Positions 1 to 19,400 of a stretch of DNA of 64,000 nt are shown here, one piece after another. Both the position numbers and the translations under genes were made by a program. The number at the start of each line of letters is the position of its first letter. Position 1 is the stretch's first letter. The DNA is taken from NCBI GenBank assembly GCA_964016885.1, contig OZ024761.1, positions 31,620,001 through 31,684,000 on the forward strand. Reading direction: 5' to 3'. Below the pieces are notes generated by a model. It saw only the letters and a program-made list of their open reading frames with translations. It was not told the origin of the DNA and searched no databases. Source of the stretch: Eledone cirrhosa. Its lineage: Eukaryota.

Positions 1-404
1 ATATATAATATATATATATGTATAATTGTATATATATATATCTATATATGTATAATTGTATATGTATGTATAATTGTATATGTATATATATATATATATA
101 TGTATAATTGTATATGTATATATATATATGTATAATTGTATATGTATATATATATATATGTATAATTGTATATGTATATATATATATATGTATATATATA
201 TGTATGTATAATTAAGTATGTATATGTATATATATATATATATATATGTATAATCATGTATGTATGTATATATATATTTATGTATATATATGTATATATA
301 TATATGTGTATGTATATATATATGTATGTATGTATAATTATGTATATATACACACATACATATACACGCATATATATATATATATATACATGAAATAGAG
401 AGAG

Positions 405-580
405 GAAATATCTGTTCCACCCCTGTACTGCTCTGGTACTTTATTTATCGACCTCGAGAGGAGAATGAATGACAAAGTTAAACTCAGCGGGATTCGAACT
501 CAGAGTGAAGAGATCCGGCCCGGAACACGAATGTACCGCAAGGTGTTCTAACCGACACTCTACCGACTCTGCCAAATTCT
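405..580 (-). mobile_element. Same SINE family, diverged copy
   Basis: ctggtactttatttatcgacc..gacaaagttaaactcagcgggattcgaactcaga..ctctaccgactctgcca. Confidence 0.7.
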
Positions 581-723
581 TCGTCCTCGTTGACAGTATA
601 CAGTAGACTAAATAGCAGCGTAGCGTTCTGCTATTCCTACTGTCATACTTCACCCCTCTGCAAACCATTATACAATATTTATCGATCGCTGTGGCTGGAG
701 TGACAGTCTAATTGAGTTAAAGT

Positions 724-1087
724 GTAGCTGCTGCTGTTACTACTGCTGCTGTGGTTGTTGCTGCTGCTGCTACTACTACTATTACAACTATTATTACTAC
801 TACTACTACTATTAGTAGTAGTATTACAACTACTACTACTACTACTACTACTATTAGTAGTAGTAGTATTACAACTATTACTACTACTACTTCTACTACT
901 ACTATTACTACTAGTATTACTACCACTGCTACTATTATTATTATTACTAGTACTACTACTTTTACTACTACTACTACTACTATTACTACTACCACTGTCA
1001 AAATTATTATTACTACTAGTTTTACTACTACTACTACTATTATCACTACTGCTGCTGCTACCACTAATACCACCGCTTCTGCTATTT

Positions 1088-1160
<73 letters not shown>

Positions 1161-2770
1161 CACCACGATAATACTAATAATGCTACCATTGTTGATACCA
1201 TTACTACTATAGGTGCGACTAATACCACCGCAGCTACTATTAATAATAATACTACCTTTGTTAATACTACTACTACTACTACTACTACTACTATAGTAGT
1301 AGTGGTAGTAGTAGTAGTAGTAGTACTAGTAGTAGTAGTAGTAGTGCTGCTGTTACACTGGAAAGGTCTTCACAACACTGAATAGAACGACTACATCAAT
1401 AACAACAGTGACAACGTCAGCACCAACAACACCAACAACACCAACAACACCAACAACACCACCAACACCAACAACACCAACAACACCAACAACACCAACA
1501 ACAACACCAACAACACCAACAACACCAACAACACCAACACCAACAACACCAACACCAACAACAACACCAACACCAACAACACCAACAACACCAACAACAC
1601 CAACAACACCAACAACAACACCAACAACACCAACAACACCAACAACACCAACACCACCAACACCACCAACACCACCAACACCACCAACACCACCAACAAC
1701 ACCAACAACACCAACAACAACACCAACAACAACACCACCAACAACACCAACAACACCAACAACACCAACAACACCAACGCCACCAACACCAACACCACCA
1801 ACACCACCAACAACAACAACACCACCAACAACAACAACACCACCAACAACAACAACACCACCAACAACACCACCAACAACACCAACAACACCACCAACAC
1901 CAGCAACACCAACAACAACAACAACAACACCAACAACACCAACAACAACACCAACAACACCAACAAAGATAACGACAGCAGCAACAACAACAACAATAAC
2001 AAAGACAATAACAACAATAGCGACAATAACAAAGACATCAAAAATAACAGCGACATCCATACAGACAACAACAACAACAACAACGACAGCTGCAGCAGAA
2101 ATAGCAGCAGCAATAACAACAACGATAGAGACTGCAGCAACAACAACGACAGCAGCAACAACAACGACAGCAGCAACAACAACGACAGCAGCAACAACAA
2201 CAACAACGACAGCAGCAACAACGACAGCAGCAACAACAACGATAGCAGCAACATCAACGTCAGCTAACAACAATAACGATAGTATCAACAGCAGTAAACA
2301 ACGACAGCTACAGCAACAGCAGCAACAACAACGACAGCAGCATCAACAACGATAGCAGCAACAACAACGTCAGCTAACAATAATAACGATAGCATCAACA
2401 GCAATAACAACGACAGCAACAGCAGCAACAACGACAGTAACAGCAGCAGCAATAACAACGACAGCTACAGTAACAATAACAGCAGCAACAATAACAACAG
2501 CAACAACAGCTACAGCAACAGCAGCAATAACAACAACGGCAGCTACAGCAACAACGACAGCAACAGCAGCAGCAATAACAACGACAGCTACAGTAACAAT
2601 AACAGCAGCAACAATAACAACAGTAATAGCAGCTACAGCAACAGCAGCAATAACAACAACGGCAGCTACAGCAACAGTAGCAGCAACAACGACGACAGCA
2701 ACAGCAGCAGCAATAATGACAGCTACAGCAACAGTAGCAGCCACAACAACAACAACAGCAGCAACAACGA
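724..2770. repeat. Compound trinucleotide array: (ACT)n, then (AAC/ACC)n, then (AAC/AGC)n
   Basis: Direct reading. Confidence 0.95.
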
Positions 2771-3967
2771 TTTTTTGTTTTTTTTCTTGTTTTTTTTTTC
2801 TTGTTTTTTTTTCAATCACCTAAGTGGCCCTACATACGCTACTACAACAGGTGTGGGAGTTGCGAAACTAGAGAGTCACGTGAATAGCACAACGTGAAAT
2901 AAGAGATCACATGACAAATACATCCTAACAGGGTGGCCGGATGTTTAGGTAACGGAACTTGGAAATAGGATTTTAAACAAAGAATAAAGGAATACATATG
3001 ACAGACAGACACACACACACAGATAGGTAAAACCCGACCGTTTGGTGCCACGGTCGGGTTTTTAACCTATCTCTATACCCACTCTACATCTCCCTCTGTA
3101 TTGAGTACTCTCATGATTAGTGGACTACCCGCAAACTCTCTCTCTCTGTATCTGTCTGTCTCTCTCTCTCTTCCTTTATAATGAATACCATTATAACGAA
3201 TTTTTTCAATCCCCGGCCACACGCTCGATGATGTTAGGTCGATCTCGTTATAAAGATTTTTTCGTTACAACGAATTTGTTTATATCCCGTGAATTTCGTT
3301 ATAAGGGAATTTCAGTGTGTGTGTGTGTGTGTGTGTGTTTCTTTTGAATGAAACCGTTCTAGTCCTGTAGAAGCCATTTCTATATTAAACATGATGTTTA
3401 CACTCTACTAATGCATTGAGTACCTTATTTACTGTGGTTACCCCCGAGTGAACCCGGGATAATCTTATATATATATATATATATAATAGATGGATTTCCG
3501 ATGTATGTAGAGAAGTGACCTCAGTAGAAAAAGGTACTCAATACGTTAGTAGAATATAGATATATTTATTTTATCACGTAAGTGGTTGAGTATTCCACAT
3601 ACACGTGTACTCTTAAAGTAATTCTCAGGGAGAATCAGTGCGTGACATAATATATGACAAAACTGGTTGGCCCTTCCAATTTACAGGTACAATATATCGG
3701 ACGGGCATCTACATAGGTTCTGTCTACCCAATTTCACTCACCCATTATGAGTCGACTCGAGGCTATGGTAAAGACCCTTGCTCAAGATACCCCTCAATGA
3801 GATCGAACCGGGAATTCGTGATTACGAGGCGAACCTTTGGGATAAATATCGTAATATGCCGACCTATTGGACGCAGTTTTTTCTGCCAGATCTCCTTTCT
3901 GCGTCTAATACGCCCGTATCACCGATGGGAGGCTGAACGAGAGAGGAGGAAAAGCATGGTTATAATA

Positions 3968-4462
3968 ATTTAGTTAGTATTAGTATTACTATTACAGTAA
4001 TACAATACAATTTAGTTAGTATTACTATTAGTGCTACTAATACTAACAGTAACAGTTTAGTTAGCATTACTATCAGTACTACTAATACTAAGAGTAATAC
4101 AATAGAGTTTAGTTAGTATTACTATTAATACTACTATTAGTACTACTAATACTAACAGTAATACAGTTTAGTTAGTATTACTATTAGTACTACTATTACT
4201 AACAATAATACAATACAGTTTAGTTAGTATTACTATTATTACTGCTAATACTAACAGTAATACAATAAAGTTTAGTTAGTATTACTATTATTACTAATAT
4301 TACTAACAGTAATACAATACAGTTTAGTTAGTATTACTATTAGTACTACTAATAACAACAGTAACAGTTTAGTTAACATTACTGTTAGTACTACTAATAC
4401 TAACAGTAATACAATGCAGTTTAGTTAGTATTACTATTAGTACTACTAATAATAACAGTAAT
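3968..4462. repeat. ~45-52-bp AT-rich minisatellite (tttagttagtattactattagtactactaatactaacagtaatacaatacag)
   Basis: About 9-10 degenerate copies leading into the 10-bp satellite. Confidence 0.9.
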
Positions 4463-7400
4463 ACCCAGACAATACAGAGACAATACCCAGACAATACATA
4501 GACGATACATAGGTAATACACAGACAATACATAGACAATACATAGACAATACACAGACAATACATATACAATACGCAGACAATACATAGACAATACCCAG
4601 ACAATACCCAGACAATACATAGACAATACATAGGCAATACCCAGACAATACATAGACAATACACTGACAATACATAGACAATACGTAGAATATACATCGA
4701 CAATACATAGACAATACAGGGAGAATACATAAACAATACATAGAAAATACATACACAATACATAAACAATAAATAGGCAATACATAGACAATACACAGAC
4801 AATACACAGACAATACACAGACAATACACTGACAATACACAGACAATAGACAGACAATACACAGAAAATAGATTAAGAATGCATAGACAATACACAGACA
4901 ATACATAGACAATACAGTAAAAATATATACACAATACATACACAATACATATACAATACATAAACAATACGTACTCAATACATAGACAATACAGAAACAA
5001 TACATAGACAATACACAGACAAAACATAGACAATACACAGACAATACATAAGATATACATAGACAGTACACAGACAATACATAGACAATACATGAAAAAT
5101 ATATAGACAATGCATACACAATACATATACAATACATAAACAATACGTACACAATACATAGACAATACAGAAACAATACATAGACAATACATAAACAATA
5201 CACAGACAAAACATAGACAATACACAGACAATACATAAAATATACATAGACAATACATAAACAATACATAGACAGTTCATAAATAATACATAGACAATAC
5301 ACGCACAATACATAAACAATACATAGACAGTACATAGACAATACACAACCAATACACAGACAATACATAGATAATACATAGACAATACATAGACAATACA
5401 TAGAAAATACATAAACAATACACAACCAATACACTGACAATACACAGACAATATATAAACAATGCATAGACAATACACAGACAATACATAGACAATACAC
5501 AAACAATACATAAACAATACACAGACAATACATAGACAATACATAGACAATACATAGACAATACACAGACAATACACTGACAATACATAGACAATAGATA
5601 GACAATACATAGACGATACAAAGACAATACATACACAATACATACACAATTCATAGACAATACATAAACAATACACTGACAATACACAGAGAATACATAG
5701 ACAATACATAGATAATCCACAGACAATACATAGACAATACACTGACAATACACAGAGAATACATAGACAATACATAGACAATACACAGACAATATATAGA
5801 CAATACACAGACAATATATAGACAATACACAGACAATATATAGACAATACATCGACAATACATAGACATACACAGACAATACACATACAATATATAGACA
5901 ATATATAGACAATATATAGACAATACATAGACAATACATAAACAATACATCATAAACAATACATAGACAATACACAGACAAAACATAACAATACACAGAA
6001 AATACACAGACAATACATAGACAATACGTAGACAATACACAATCAATGCACAGACAATACATTGAAAATACATAGACAAAACATAGAAAATACATAGACA
6101 ATACCCAGACAATACATAGACAATACACTGACAATACACAGACAATACATATACAATACATAGACAATACACATCAATACATAAACAATACATAGACAAT
6201 ACATAAATATACATAAACAATACATAGGCAATACATAAACAATACATAGACAATACACAGACAATACACAGACAGTACAGAGACAATACACAGACAATAC
6301 ACAGACATTACATAGACAATACCCAGACAATACATAGACAATACACTGACAATACACAGAGAATACATAGACAATACATAGACAATACACAGACAATATA
6401 TAGAAAATACATAGACAATACACAGACAATATATAGACAATACATCGACAATACATAGACATACACAGAGAATATACATACAATATATAGACAATACATA
6501 GACAATACATAAACAATACATAAACAATATATAAACAATACATAGACACTACACAGACAATACATAGACAATACATAGACAATATATAGACAATACACAG
6601 ACAATACACAGACAATACATAGACAATACACATCAATACATAAACAATACATAGAAAATACATACTCAATACATAGACAATAAATAGGCAATACATAGAC
6701 AATACACAGACAAGACACAGACAATACACAGACAATACACAGACAATACATAAACAATACATAGACAATACACAGACAATACATAGACAATAGATAAACA
6801 ATACATAGACAATACATAGACAATACATACACAATACATAGACAATACACAGACAAGACACAGACAATACACAGACAATACACAGACAATACATAAACAA
6901 TACATAAACAATACATAAACAATACATAAACAATACATAGACAATACATAGACAATACATACACAATACATAGACAATACAGAAACAATACATAGACAAT
7001 ACATAAACAATACATAGACAGTACATAGACAATACACAACCAATACACAGACAATACATAGATAATACATAGACAATACATAGAAAATACATAAACAATA
7101 CATAGACAATACATAGACAATACACAAACAATACACAAACAATACACAGACAATATATAAACAATGCATAGACAATACACAGACAATACATAGACAATAC
7201 ATAGACAATACACAGACAATACCCAGACAATACACTGACAATACATAGACAATACATAGACAATACATAGACAATACATAAACAATACATACACAATACA
7301 TAGACAATACATAAACAATACATAGATAATCCACAGACAATACACAGAAAATATATAGACAATACACAGACAATATATAGACAATACACAGACAATATAT

Positions 7401-10400
7401 TGAAAATACATCGACAATACATAGACATACACAGACAATACACAGACAATACACATAAAATATATAGACAATATATAGACAATACATAAACAATACATAG
7501 ACAATACACAGACAATACATAGACAATACATAGACAATATATAGACAATACACATCAATACATAAACAATACATAGACAATACATAAACAATACATAAAC
7601 AATACATAAACAATACATAGGCAATACATAAACGATGCACAGATAATACATAGACAATACATAGACAATAGACAGACAATACATAGAAAATACATAGACA
7701 ATACATAGACAATACATAAACAATACATAGACAATACAGAGACAATACATAGACAATACATATACAATATATAGACAATACACAGACAATACACAGACAA
7801 TACACAGACAATACATAGATAATACTCATCAATACATAAACAATACATAGACAATACATAAACAATACATAAACAATACATAGGCAATACATAGGCAATA
7901 CATAGACAATACATAGACAATACATAAACAATACACAGACAATACATAGACAATATCCAGACAATTCATAGACAATACATGGACAATACACAGACAATAC
8001 ATAGACAATACATAGACAATACATAAACAATACATAGACGCTAAACAGACAATACATAGACAATACACAGAAAATACATAGACAATACACAGACAATACA
8101 CAGACAATACACAGACAATACATAGACAATACATAGACAATACACAGACAATACACAGACAATACACGGACAATACATAGACAATACATAGACAATAGAT
8201 AGACAATACATAGACAATAGATAGACAATACAAAGACAATACATAGACAATACATAGACAATAAACAGACAATACATAAACAATACACAGACAATACATA
8301 GACAATACATAGATAATTCATAAACAATACACTGACGATACATATACGATACACAGACAATACATAGACAATAAATAGATAATCCACAGACAATGCATAG
8401 ACAATACACTGACAATACACATAGAATACATAGACAATACACAGACAATATATAGAACATACAGAGACAATACACAGACAATATATAGACAATACATAGA
8501 CAATACACAGACAATATATAGAAAATACATAGACAATACACAGACAATATATAGAAAATACATAGAGAATACACAGACAATATATAGAAAATACATACAC
8601 AATACACAGACAATATATAGAAAATACGTAGACAATATATAGACAATACATCGACAATACATAGAAATAATCAGACAATACACATGCAATATATAGACAA
8701 TACATAGACAATACATAGACAATACCCAGACAATACATAGACAATACATAGGCAATACATAGACAATACACAGACAATACATAGACAATACTTAGACAAT
8801 ACACAGACAATACATAGACAATACACATCTATACATAAACAATACATAGAAAATACATAAACAATAAATAAGCAATACATATGCAATACACAGACAATAC
8901 ACAGACAATACACGGACAATACACTGACAATACACAGACAATACACAGACAATACACAGACAATACATAAACAATACACAGACAATACATACACGATACA
9001 TAAACAATATATAGACAATACATACACAATACATATACAATACATAGACAATACATAGACAATACATAGACAATACAAAGACAATACATAGACAATACAT
9101 AGACAATAAACAGACAATACATAAACAATACACAGACAATACATAGACAATACATAGACAATTCATAAACAATTCACTGACAATACATAGACAATACATA
9201 GATCATACATAGACAATACATAGACTATACATAAACAATACATACACAATACATAGACAATACATAAACAATACATAGATAATCCACAGACAATACATAG
9301 ACAGTACACTGACAATACACAGAGAATACATAGACAATACACAGACAATATATAGAAAATACATAGACAATACACAGACAATATATAGACAATACATAGA
9401 CATAATCAGACAATACACAGACAATACACATACAATATATAGACAATACATAGACAATACATAAACAATACATAACAATACATAACAATATATAAACAAT
9501 ACATAGACAATACATAGACAATATATAGACAATACACAGACAATACACAGACAATACATAGGCAATACACATCAATACATAAACAATATATAGAAAATAC
9601 ATACACAATACATAAAAAATAAATAGGAAATACATAGACAATACACAGACAAGACACAGACAATACACAGACAATACACTGACAATACATAAACAATACA
9701 TAAACAATACATAGACAATACAGAGACAATACATATACAATATATAGACAATACACAGACAATACATAGACAATACATAAACAATACATAAACAATACAT
9801 AGGCAATACATAGACAATACATAGACAATACACAGACAATACACAGACAATACATAGACAATACATAGACAATACACAGACAATAAACAGACAAAACATA
9901 AACAATAGATAAACAATACAAAGACAATACATAGACAATATCCAGACAATTCATAGACAATACATGGACAATACACAGACAATACATAGACAATACACAG
10001 ACAATACATAAAATATACATAGACGATACACAGACAATACATAAAAAATACACAGACAATAGATAGACAATATATAGACAATACATAGCCAATATATAGA
10101 CAATACACAGACAATACATAGACAATACACATCAATACATAAACAATACATAGAAAATACATACACGATACATGAACAATACACAGGCAATACATAGACA
10201 ATACACAGACAATATGTAGACAATACATAGACAATACATAGACAATATATAAACAATGCATTGACATTACATAGACAATAGACAAACAATACATTGACAA
10301 TGCACAGACAATACACAGACAATACAGGGACAATACATAAACAATACTTAAACATACATAGACAATACACAGTCAATGTATAGACAATACACAGACAATA

Positions 10401-13400
10401 CATAAACAATATATAGTCAATACATACACAATATATAGACAATACACAGACAATACATAGAAAATACATACACAATACATAGGCAATACATAGACAATAC
10501 ACAGACAATACATAGACAATACACAGACAATACATAGACAATATATAGACAATACACAGACAATACACAGACAATACAAAGACAATACATAAACAATACA
10601 TAGTCAACACACAGACAATACATAGACAATACATATTAATACATAGACAATACGTAGACAATACATAGACAATACACATACAATACATAGACAATACCCT
10701 GACTATACATAGACAATAACCAGACAATACCCAGACAATACCCTGACTATACATAGACAATACGTAGACAATACATAGACAATACACATACAATACATAG
10801 ACAATACCCTGACTATACATAGACAATAACCAGACAATACCCAGACAATACATAGACAATACATAGAAAATACCCAGACAATACATAGACAATACCCAGA
10901 CAATACATAGACAATACAAAAACAATACACAGAGAGTACCCAGACAATACATAGACAATACCCAGACAATACATAGACAATACATAGAATATACATAGAC
11001 AATACACAGACGATACGGGGACAATTCATAAACAATACATAAACAATACATAGAAAATACATAGACAATATATAGACAATACACAGACAATACATAGACA
11101 ATGCACATCAATACATAAACAATACATAGAAAATACATACATAATACATAAACAATACATAGGCAATACATAGACAATACACAGACAATACACAGACAAT
11201 ACACAGACAATACATAGACTATACACAGACAATACATATACAATACATAAAAAATATATAGACAATACATACACAATACATATACAATACGTAGACAATA
11301 CATATACAATACGTAGACAATACAGAAACAATACATAGACAATACAGAAACAATACATAGACAATACAGAAACAATACATAGACAATATATAAACAATAC
11401 ACAGACAATACATAGACAATACACAGACAATACTTAAACAATACTTAGACAATACACAGACAATACACAGAGAATACATAAACAATACATAGACAATACA
11501 CAGACAATACATAGACAAGACACAGTCAATACATAGACAATACATAGACAATACACAGACAATACATAGATAATACATAAACAATACATAGACAATACAT
11601 AGATAATAGACAACTAATACACTGACAATACATAGACATTACATAGACAATACATAGACAATACATAAACAATACACAGTCAATAGATAGACAATATATA
11701 GACAATACATAGACAATACAGAGACAATACACATCAATACATAAGCAATACATAGAAAATACATACACAATACATAAACAATACATAGACGATACACAGA
11801 CAATATGTAGACAATACATAGGCAATACATAGACAATATATAAACAATACATTAACATTACATAGACAATAGACAAACAATACATAGACAATACACAGAC
11901 AATACACAGACAATACAGGGACAATACATAAACAATACATAAACAATACATAGACAATACACAGTCAATGTATAGACAATACACAGACAATACATAGACA
12001 ATACATACACAATATATAGACAATACACAGACAATACATAGACAATACACATCAATAAATAAACAATACATAGAAAATACATACACAATACATAAACAAT
12101 ACACAGACAATACATATCAATACATAGATAATACATAGACAATACACAGACAATACACAGATAATACATAGACAATACCCAGACAATACATAGACAATAC
12201 ATAGACAATACATGGACAATACACAGACAATACATAGACAATACACAGATAATACATAAATTATACAGAGACAATAACCTGGCAATACATAGACAATACA
12301 CAGACAATACATAGACAATACATAAACAATACCTAGACAATACACAGACAATACATAGACAATACCTAGACAATACCTAGACAATACAGGGACAATACAT
12401 AGACAATACACATACAATACACAGACAATACATAGACAATACGTAGACAATACGTAGACAATACATAGACAATACACAAACAATACACAGACAATACACA
12501 AACAATACACAGACAATACACAGACAATACACAGACAATACACAGAAAATAAACAGACAATACACAGACAATACACAGACAATACACAGACAATACACAG
12601 ACAATACACAGAAAATAAACAGACAATACACAGACAATACACAGACAATACACAGACAATACATAGACAATACATAAACAGTACACAGACAATAGATAGA
12701 CAATATAAAGACAATACATAGACAATACACAGACAATACATAGACAATACGAAGACTATACACAGACAATACATAGACAATACATAGACAATACATAGAA
12801 AATACACAGACAATACATAAACAATACACAGACATTTCATAGACAATATACAGACAATACATAGATAATACACAGACAATAAATAAACAATAAATAGACA
12901 ATAAACCGACAATATATAATCAATACACAGACAATACATAAAAAATACGTAGACAATACATAAACAATAAATAGACAAAACATAAACAATAGATAAACAA
13001 TATACATACAATACATAGACAAAACATAAGCAATACATAAACAATACACAGACAATACATAGACAATACATAGACAATACACAGACAATACACAGACATT
13101 ACACAGACAATACATAGACAATACATATACAATACATAGAAAATACATAGACAATACACAGAGAATACATAGACAATAGACAGACACAACATAGACAATA
13201 CATAGACAATAAAGAGACAATACATAGACAATACATAAACAATACATAAACAATACATAGTCAATACACAGACAATACATAGACAATACATATACAATAT
13301 ATAGACAATACACAGACAATACACAGACAATACACAGACAATACACAGACAATACACAGAATACATAGACAATACACAGACAATACATAGACAATAGACA

Positions 13401-16400
13401 GACAATGCATAGACAATACATACACAATACATAAACAATACATACACAATACATAGACAATACACAGACAATACATAGACAATACACAGACAATACATAG
13501 ACAATATATAGACAATACACAGAAAATACACAGAAAATACATAAACAATACACAGACTATAGAGAGACACTACATAGACAATATACAGACAATACACAGA
13601 CAATACAAATACAATACATAAACAATACATAGACAAAGCATATCAGTACATAGACAATACATAGAGAATAAACAGACAATACACATATAATCCATAGACA
13701 ATACAAAGACAATACCTAGACAATAGAGAGACAATACATGGACAATACACAGACAATACACAGACAATACATAGACAATACATTGACAATACACAGATAA
13801 TACATAAATTATACATAGACAATAACCGCACAATACATAGAGAATACAGAGACAATACAGAGACAATACAGAGACAATACACAGACAATACACAGACAAT
13901 ACACAGACAATACATAAACTATACATAGACAATAACCAGACAATACTTAGACAATACACAGACAATACACAGACAATACACAGACAATACATAGACAATA
14001 CATAAACAATACAGAGACAATACATAAACAATACATAGACAATACTTAGACAATACACAGACAATACATAGACAATACACAGACAATACACAGACAATAC
14101 ATAGACAATACATAGACAATACGTAGACAATACATAGACAATACACAAACAATACACAAGCAATACACAAGCAATACACAAACAATACACAGAAAATACA
14201 CAGACAATACACAGACAATACACAGACAATACACAGACAATCCATAGACAATACATAGACAATATATAGACAATACATAAACAGTACGCAGACAATAGAT
14301 AGACAATACATAGACAATACGTAGACAATACACAGACAATACATAAAAATTACATAGACAATACATAGATTATACAAAGACAATTCATAGACAATATACA
14401 GAAAATACATAGACAATACAAAGACAATACATAAGCAATACATTAACAATACACAGACAATACATAGACGATACACAGACAATACACAGACAATACACAG
14501 ACAATACACAGACAATACATAGACAATACACAGACAATAAATAAACAATAAATAGACAATAAACAGACAATACATAGACAATACACAGACATTACCTAAA
14601 AAATACATAGACGATAGACAGTCAATACATAGACAATACATAAACAATACACAGACAATACACAGACAATACATAGACAATACACAGACAATACATAGTC
14701 AATACATAGACAATACATAGACAATACACAGACAATACACAGAAAATACATAGACAATACACAGACAATGCATAAATAATAAACAGACAAAACATAAACA
14801 ATAGATAAACAATACACAGACAATACATAGACAATACCCAGACAATACATAGACAATACATGGACAATACACAGACAATACACAGACAATACGTAAACAA
14901 TACATACAGAATAGACAGACAATACATAGACAATACACAGACAATACATAAACTATACATAGACAATATACAGAAAATACATAGACAATACACAGACAAT
15001 ACACAGACAATACACAGACAATACACGGACAATATACAGACAATAGACAGACAATACACAGACAATACATAGACAATACATAAACAATACACAGACAATA
15101 GATAGACAATATATAGACAATACATAGACAATATATAGACAATACATAGACAATACACATCAATACATAAACATTACATGGAAAATACATACACAATACA
15201 TAAACAATACATAGACAATACATAGACAATACACAGACAACACATAGACAATACACAGAAAATACATAGACAATATATAGACAATACACAGACAATACAT
15301 AAACAATACACAGACTATACAGAGACAATACATAGACAATACACAGACAATTCATAAACAATATACAGACAATACATAGACAATACACAGATAATACAGA
15401 GACAATACATGGACAATACACAGACAATTCATAGACAATAACCAGACAATACATAGACAATACAAATAAAAAGCATAGACAATACATAGACAATTCATAA
15501 ACAATACACAGACAATACATAGACAATACACGGACAATACATAAACTATACATAGAAAATAACCAGACAATACATAGACAATACCTAGACAATACATAGA
15601 CAATACACAGACAATACATAGACAATACACAGACAATACATAGACAATACACAGACAATCACATAAACAATACATAGACAATATATAGACAATACATAGA
15701 CAATACCTAGACAATACACAGACAATACATACACAATACACAGACAATCACATAAACAATACATAGACAATACACAGACAATACACAGACAATACATACA
15801 CAATACACAGACAATATATGAAATATACATAGACAATACATAGAAAATGTATAAACAATACATAGACAGTACGCAGACAATACATAAACAATACTCAGAC
15901 AATACATAGACAATACACAGACAATAAATAGACAATACACAGACAATACACTGACAATACATAGACAATAGATAGACAATACATAGACGATACAAAGACA
16001 ATACATAGACAATACATAGACAGTACACAGACAATAAATAGACAATACACAGACAATACACTGCCAATACATAGAAAATACATAAACAATACATAGACAA
16101 TACATACACAATACAGAGACAATACATAAACAATTCATAGACAATACGCAGACAATACATAGATAATACACAGACAATGCATAGACAATACATAGACAAT
16201 ACACAGACAATACATAGACAATACACAGACAATCACATAAACAATTCATAGACAATACATAGACAATACAGAGACAATACCTAGACAATACATACACAAT
16301 ACATAAACAATACATAGACTATACACATCAATACATAAATGATACATAGACAATACACAGACAATACACAGACAATACATAAACAATACTTAGAGAATAC

Positions 16401-19400
16401 ACAGACAAGACATAGACAATAGACAGACAATAGACAGACAATACATAGAAAATACATCGACAATACATAGACAATACATAGACAATACACAGACAATACA
16501 TGGTCAATACACAGACTATACATATACAATACCCAGACAGTAAACAGACAATACATAGACAATAGATAGACAATACATATACAATACACAGACAATACAC
16601 AGACAATACACAGACAATACATGGACAATACACACAAAATACATTGACGATACATAGACAATACATAAATAATACATAGACAATAAACAGACAATACATA
16701 GGCAAAACATAGACGATACACAGACAATACACAGACAATACTCAGACAATACACAGACAATACATAGACAATACATAGACAATACACAGTCAATACATAA
16801 AAGATACACAGACAATAGATAGACAATACACAGACAATACACAGACAATACACAGACGATACACAGACAATACACAGACAATACACAAACAACACAGACA
16901 ATACGTAGACAATACAGAGACAATACATAAACAATACATACGCAATACGTAGACAATACACAGAAAATACACAGACAATACATAAACAATACATAGACAA
17001 TACATAAACACTACACAGACAATACATAGAGAATACACAGACAATACATAAACAATACATAGAAAATGCATAGACAATACATAGACAATAAATAGACAAT
17101 AGACAAACAATACATAAACAATACCCAGACTATACATAGGCAATACATAACAATACATAGAGAATACAAGAACAATACATAGCCAATACATACACAATAC
17201 ATAGACAATACAAAGACAATACGTAGACAATACATAGACAATACACAGATCATACATTAAACAATACATAGACAATACACAGACAATACATAGACAATAG
17301 ACAGACAATACATATACAATACATAGACTATACATAGACAATACACAGACAATTGATAGACAATATACTGACAATATATTGACAATACATAGACAATACA
17401 CAGACAATACACAGACAATACATAGACAATACACAGACAATACACATACAATACACAGACAATACACAGACAATACATAGACAATACACAGACAATACAT
17501 AGACAATACAAAGACAATACATAGACAATACATAGACAATACATAGTAAATACATAGACAATACATAAATAATACATAGACAATACACAGACAATACATA
17601 AACGATACACAGACAATACACAGACAATACACAGACAATACATAAACAATACACAGACAATACACAGACAATTCATAGACAATATACAGACAATACATAT
17701 AAAATACAAAGACAATACACAGACAATACACAGACAATACACAGCCAATACACTGACAATACACAGAAAATACATAGACAATACATAAACAATACATAGA
17801 CAATAAAAGACAATACATAAACAATACATAAACAATACATAAACAATACATAAACAATACATAGACGATACATAAACAATACATAGACAATACACAGACG
17901 ATACACAGAAAATACATAAACAATACATAGACAATACATAGACAATACACAGACAATACATAGACGATACACAGAAAATACATAAACAATACAGAGACAA
18001 TACTCAGACAATAAATAAACAATACATAAACAATACATAAACAATAGATAGACGATACATAAACAATACATAGACAATACACAGACAATATATATACAAT
18101 ACACAGACAATACAGAGACAATACGTAGACAATACACAGACAATACATAGACAATAGACAGACAATACATATACAATACACAGACAATACACAGACAATA
18201 CATAGACAATACACAGATAATACACAGACAATACATAGACAATACATAGACAATACATAGACAATACATAAACAATACATAAACAATACATAGACAATTC
18301 ATAAACAATACACAGACAATACATAGACAATACACAGACAATACACAGACAATACATAGACAATACATAGACAATGCATAAACAATACATAGACAATACA
18401 TAACCAATACATAGACAATACACAGACAATACATAAACGATACACAGACAATACATAGACAATACACAGACAATACATAGACAATACACAGACAATACAT
18501 AAACGATACACAGACAATACATAGACGATACACAGACAATTCATAGACAATACATAAACAATACATAGACAATAAACAGACAATACATAGGCAATACACG
18601 GACAATACATAGACAATACGTAGACAATACACAGACAATACATAGACACTAGACAGACAATATATATACAATACACAGACAATACATAGACAATACACAG
18701 ACAATACACAGACAATACATAGACAATACACAGACAATATATAGACAATACATAGACAATACATAGACAATACATAAACAATCCATAGACAATACACAGA
18801 CAATACATATACAATACACAGACAATACATAGACAATACACAGACAATACACAGACAATACACAGACAATACATAGACAATACATAGACAATACATAAAC
18901 AATACATAGACAATACATAACCAATACATAGACAATACACAGACAATACATAAACAATACACAGACAATACATAGACGATACACAGACAATTCATAGACA
19001 ATATACAGACAATACATATAAAATACACAGACAATAGACAGACAATACATGGACAATACACAGAAAATACATAAACAATACATAGACAATAAACAGACAA
19101 TACATAGGCAATACACAGACAATACATAGACAATACGTAGACAATACACAGACAATACATAGACAATAGACAGACAATACATATACAATACACAGACAAT
19201 ACATAGACAATACACAGACAATACATAGACAATACACAGACAATATATAGACAATACATAGACAATACATAAACAATACATAGACAATACACAGACAATA
19301 CATATACAATACACAGACAATACATAGACAATACACAGATAATACACAGACAATACATAGACAATACATAAACAATACTTAGGCAATACATAAACAATAC

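Noticed and set aside
1408-2355. Mucin-like Thr/Pro-rich ORF
   Set aside because: Pure AAC/ACC trinucleotide repeat, open in several frames on both strands, with no ATG, signal peptide or exon boundaries.
3590-3635. CUGAGAA..CACGUG-UA motif on the minus strand
   Set aside because: C3/A8 mismatch and no GAAA, so insufficient for a ribozyme call.
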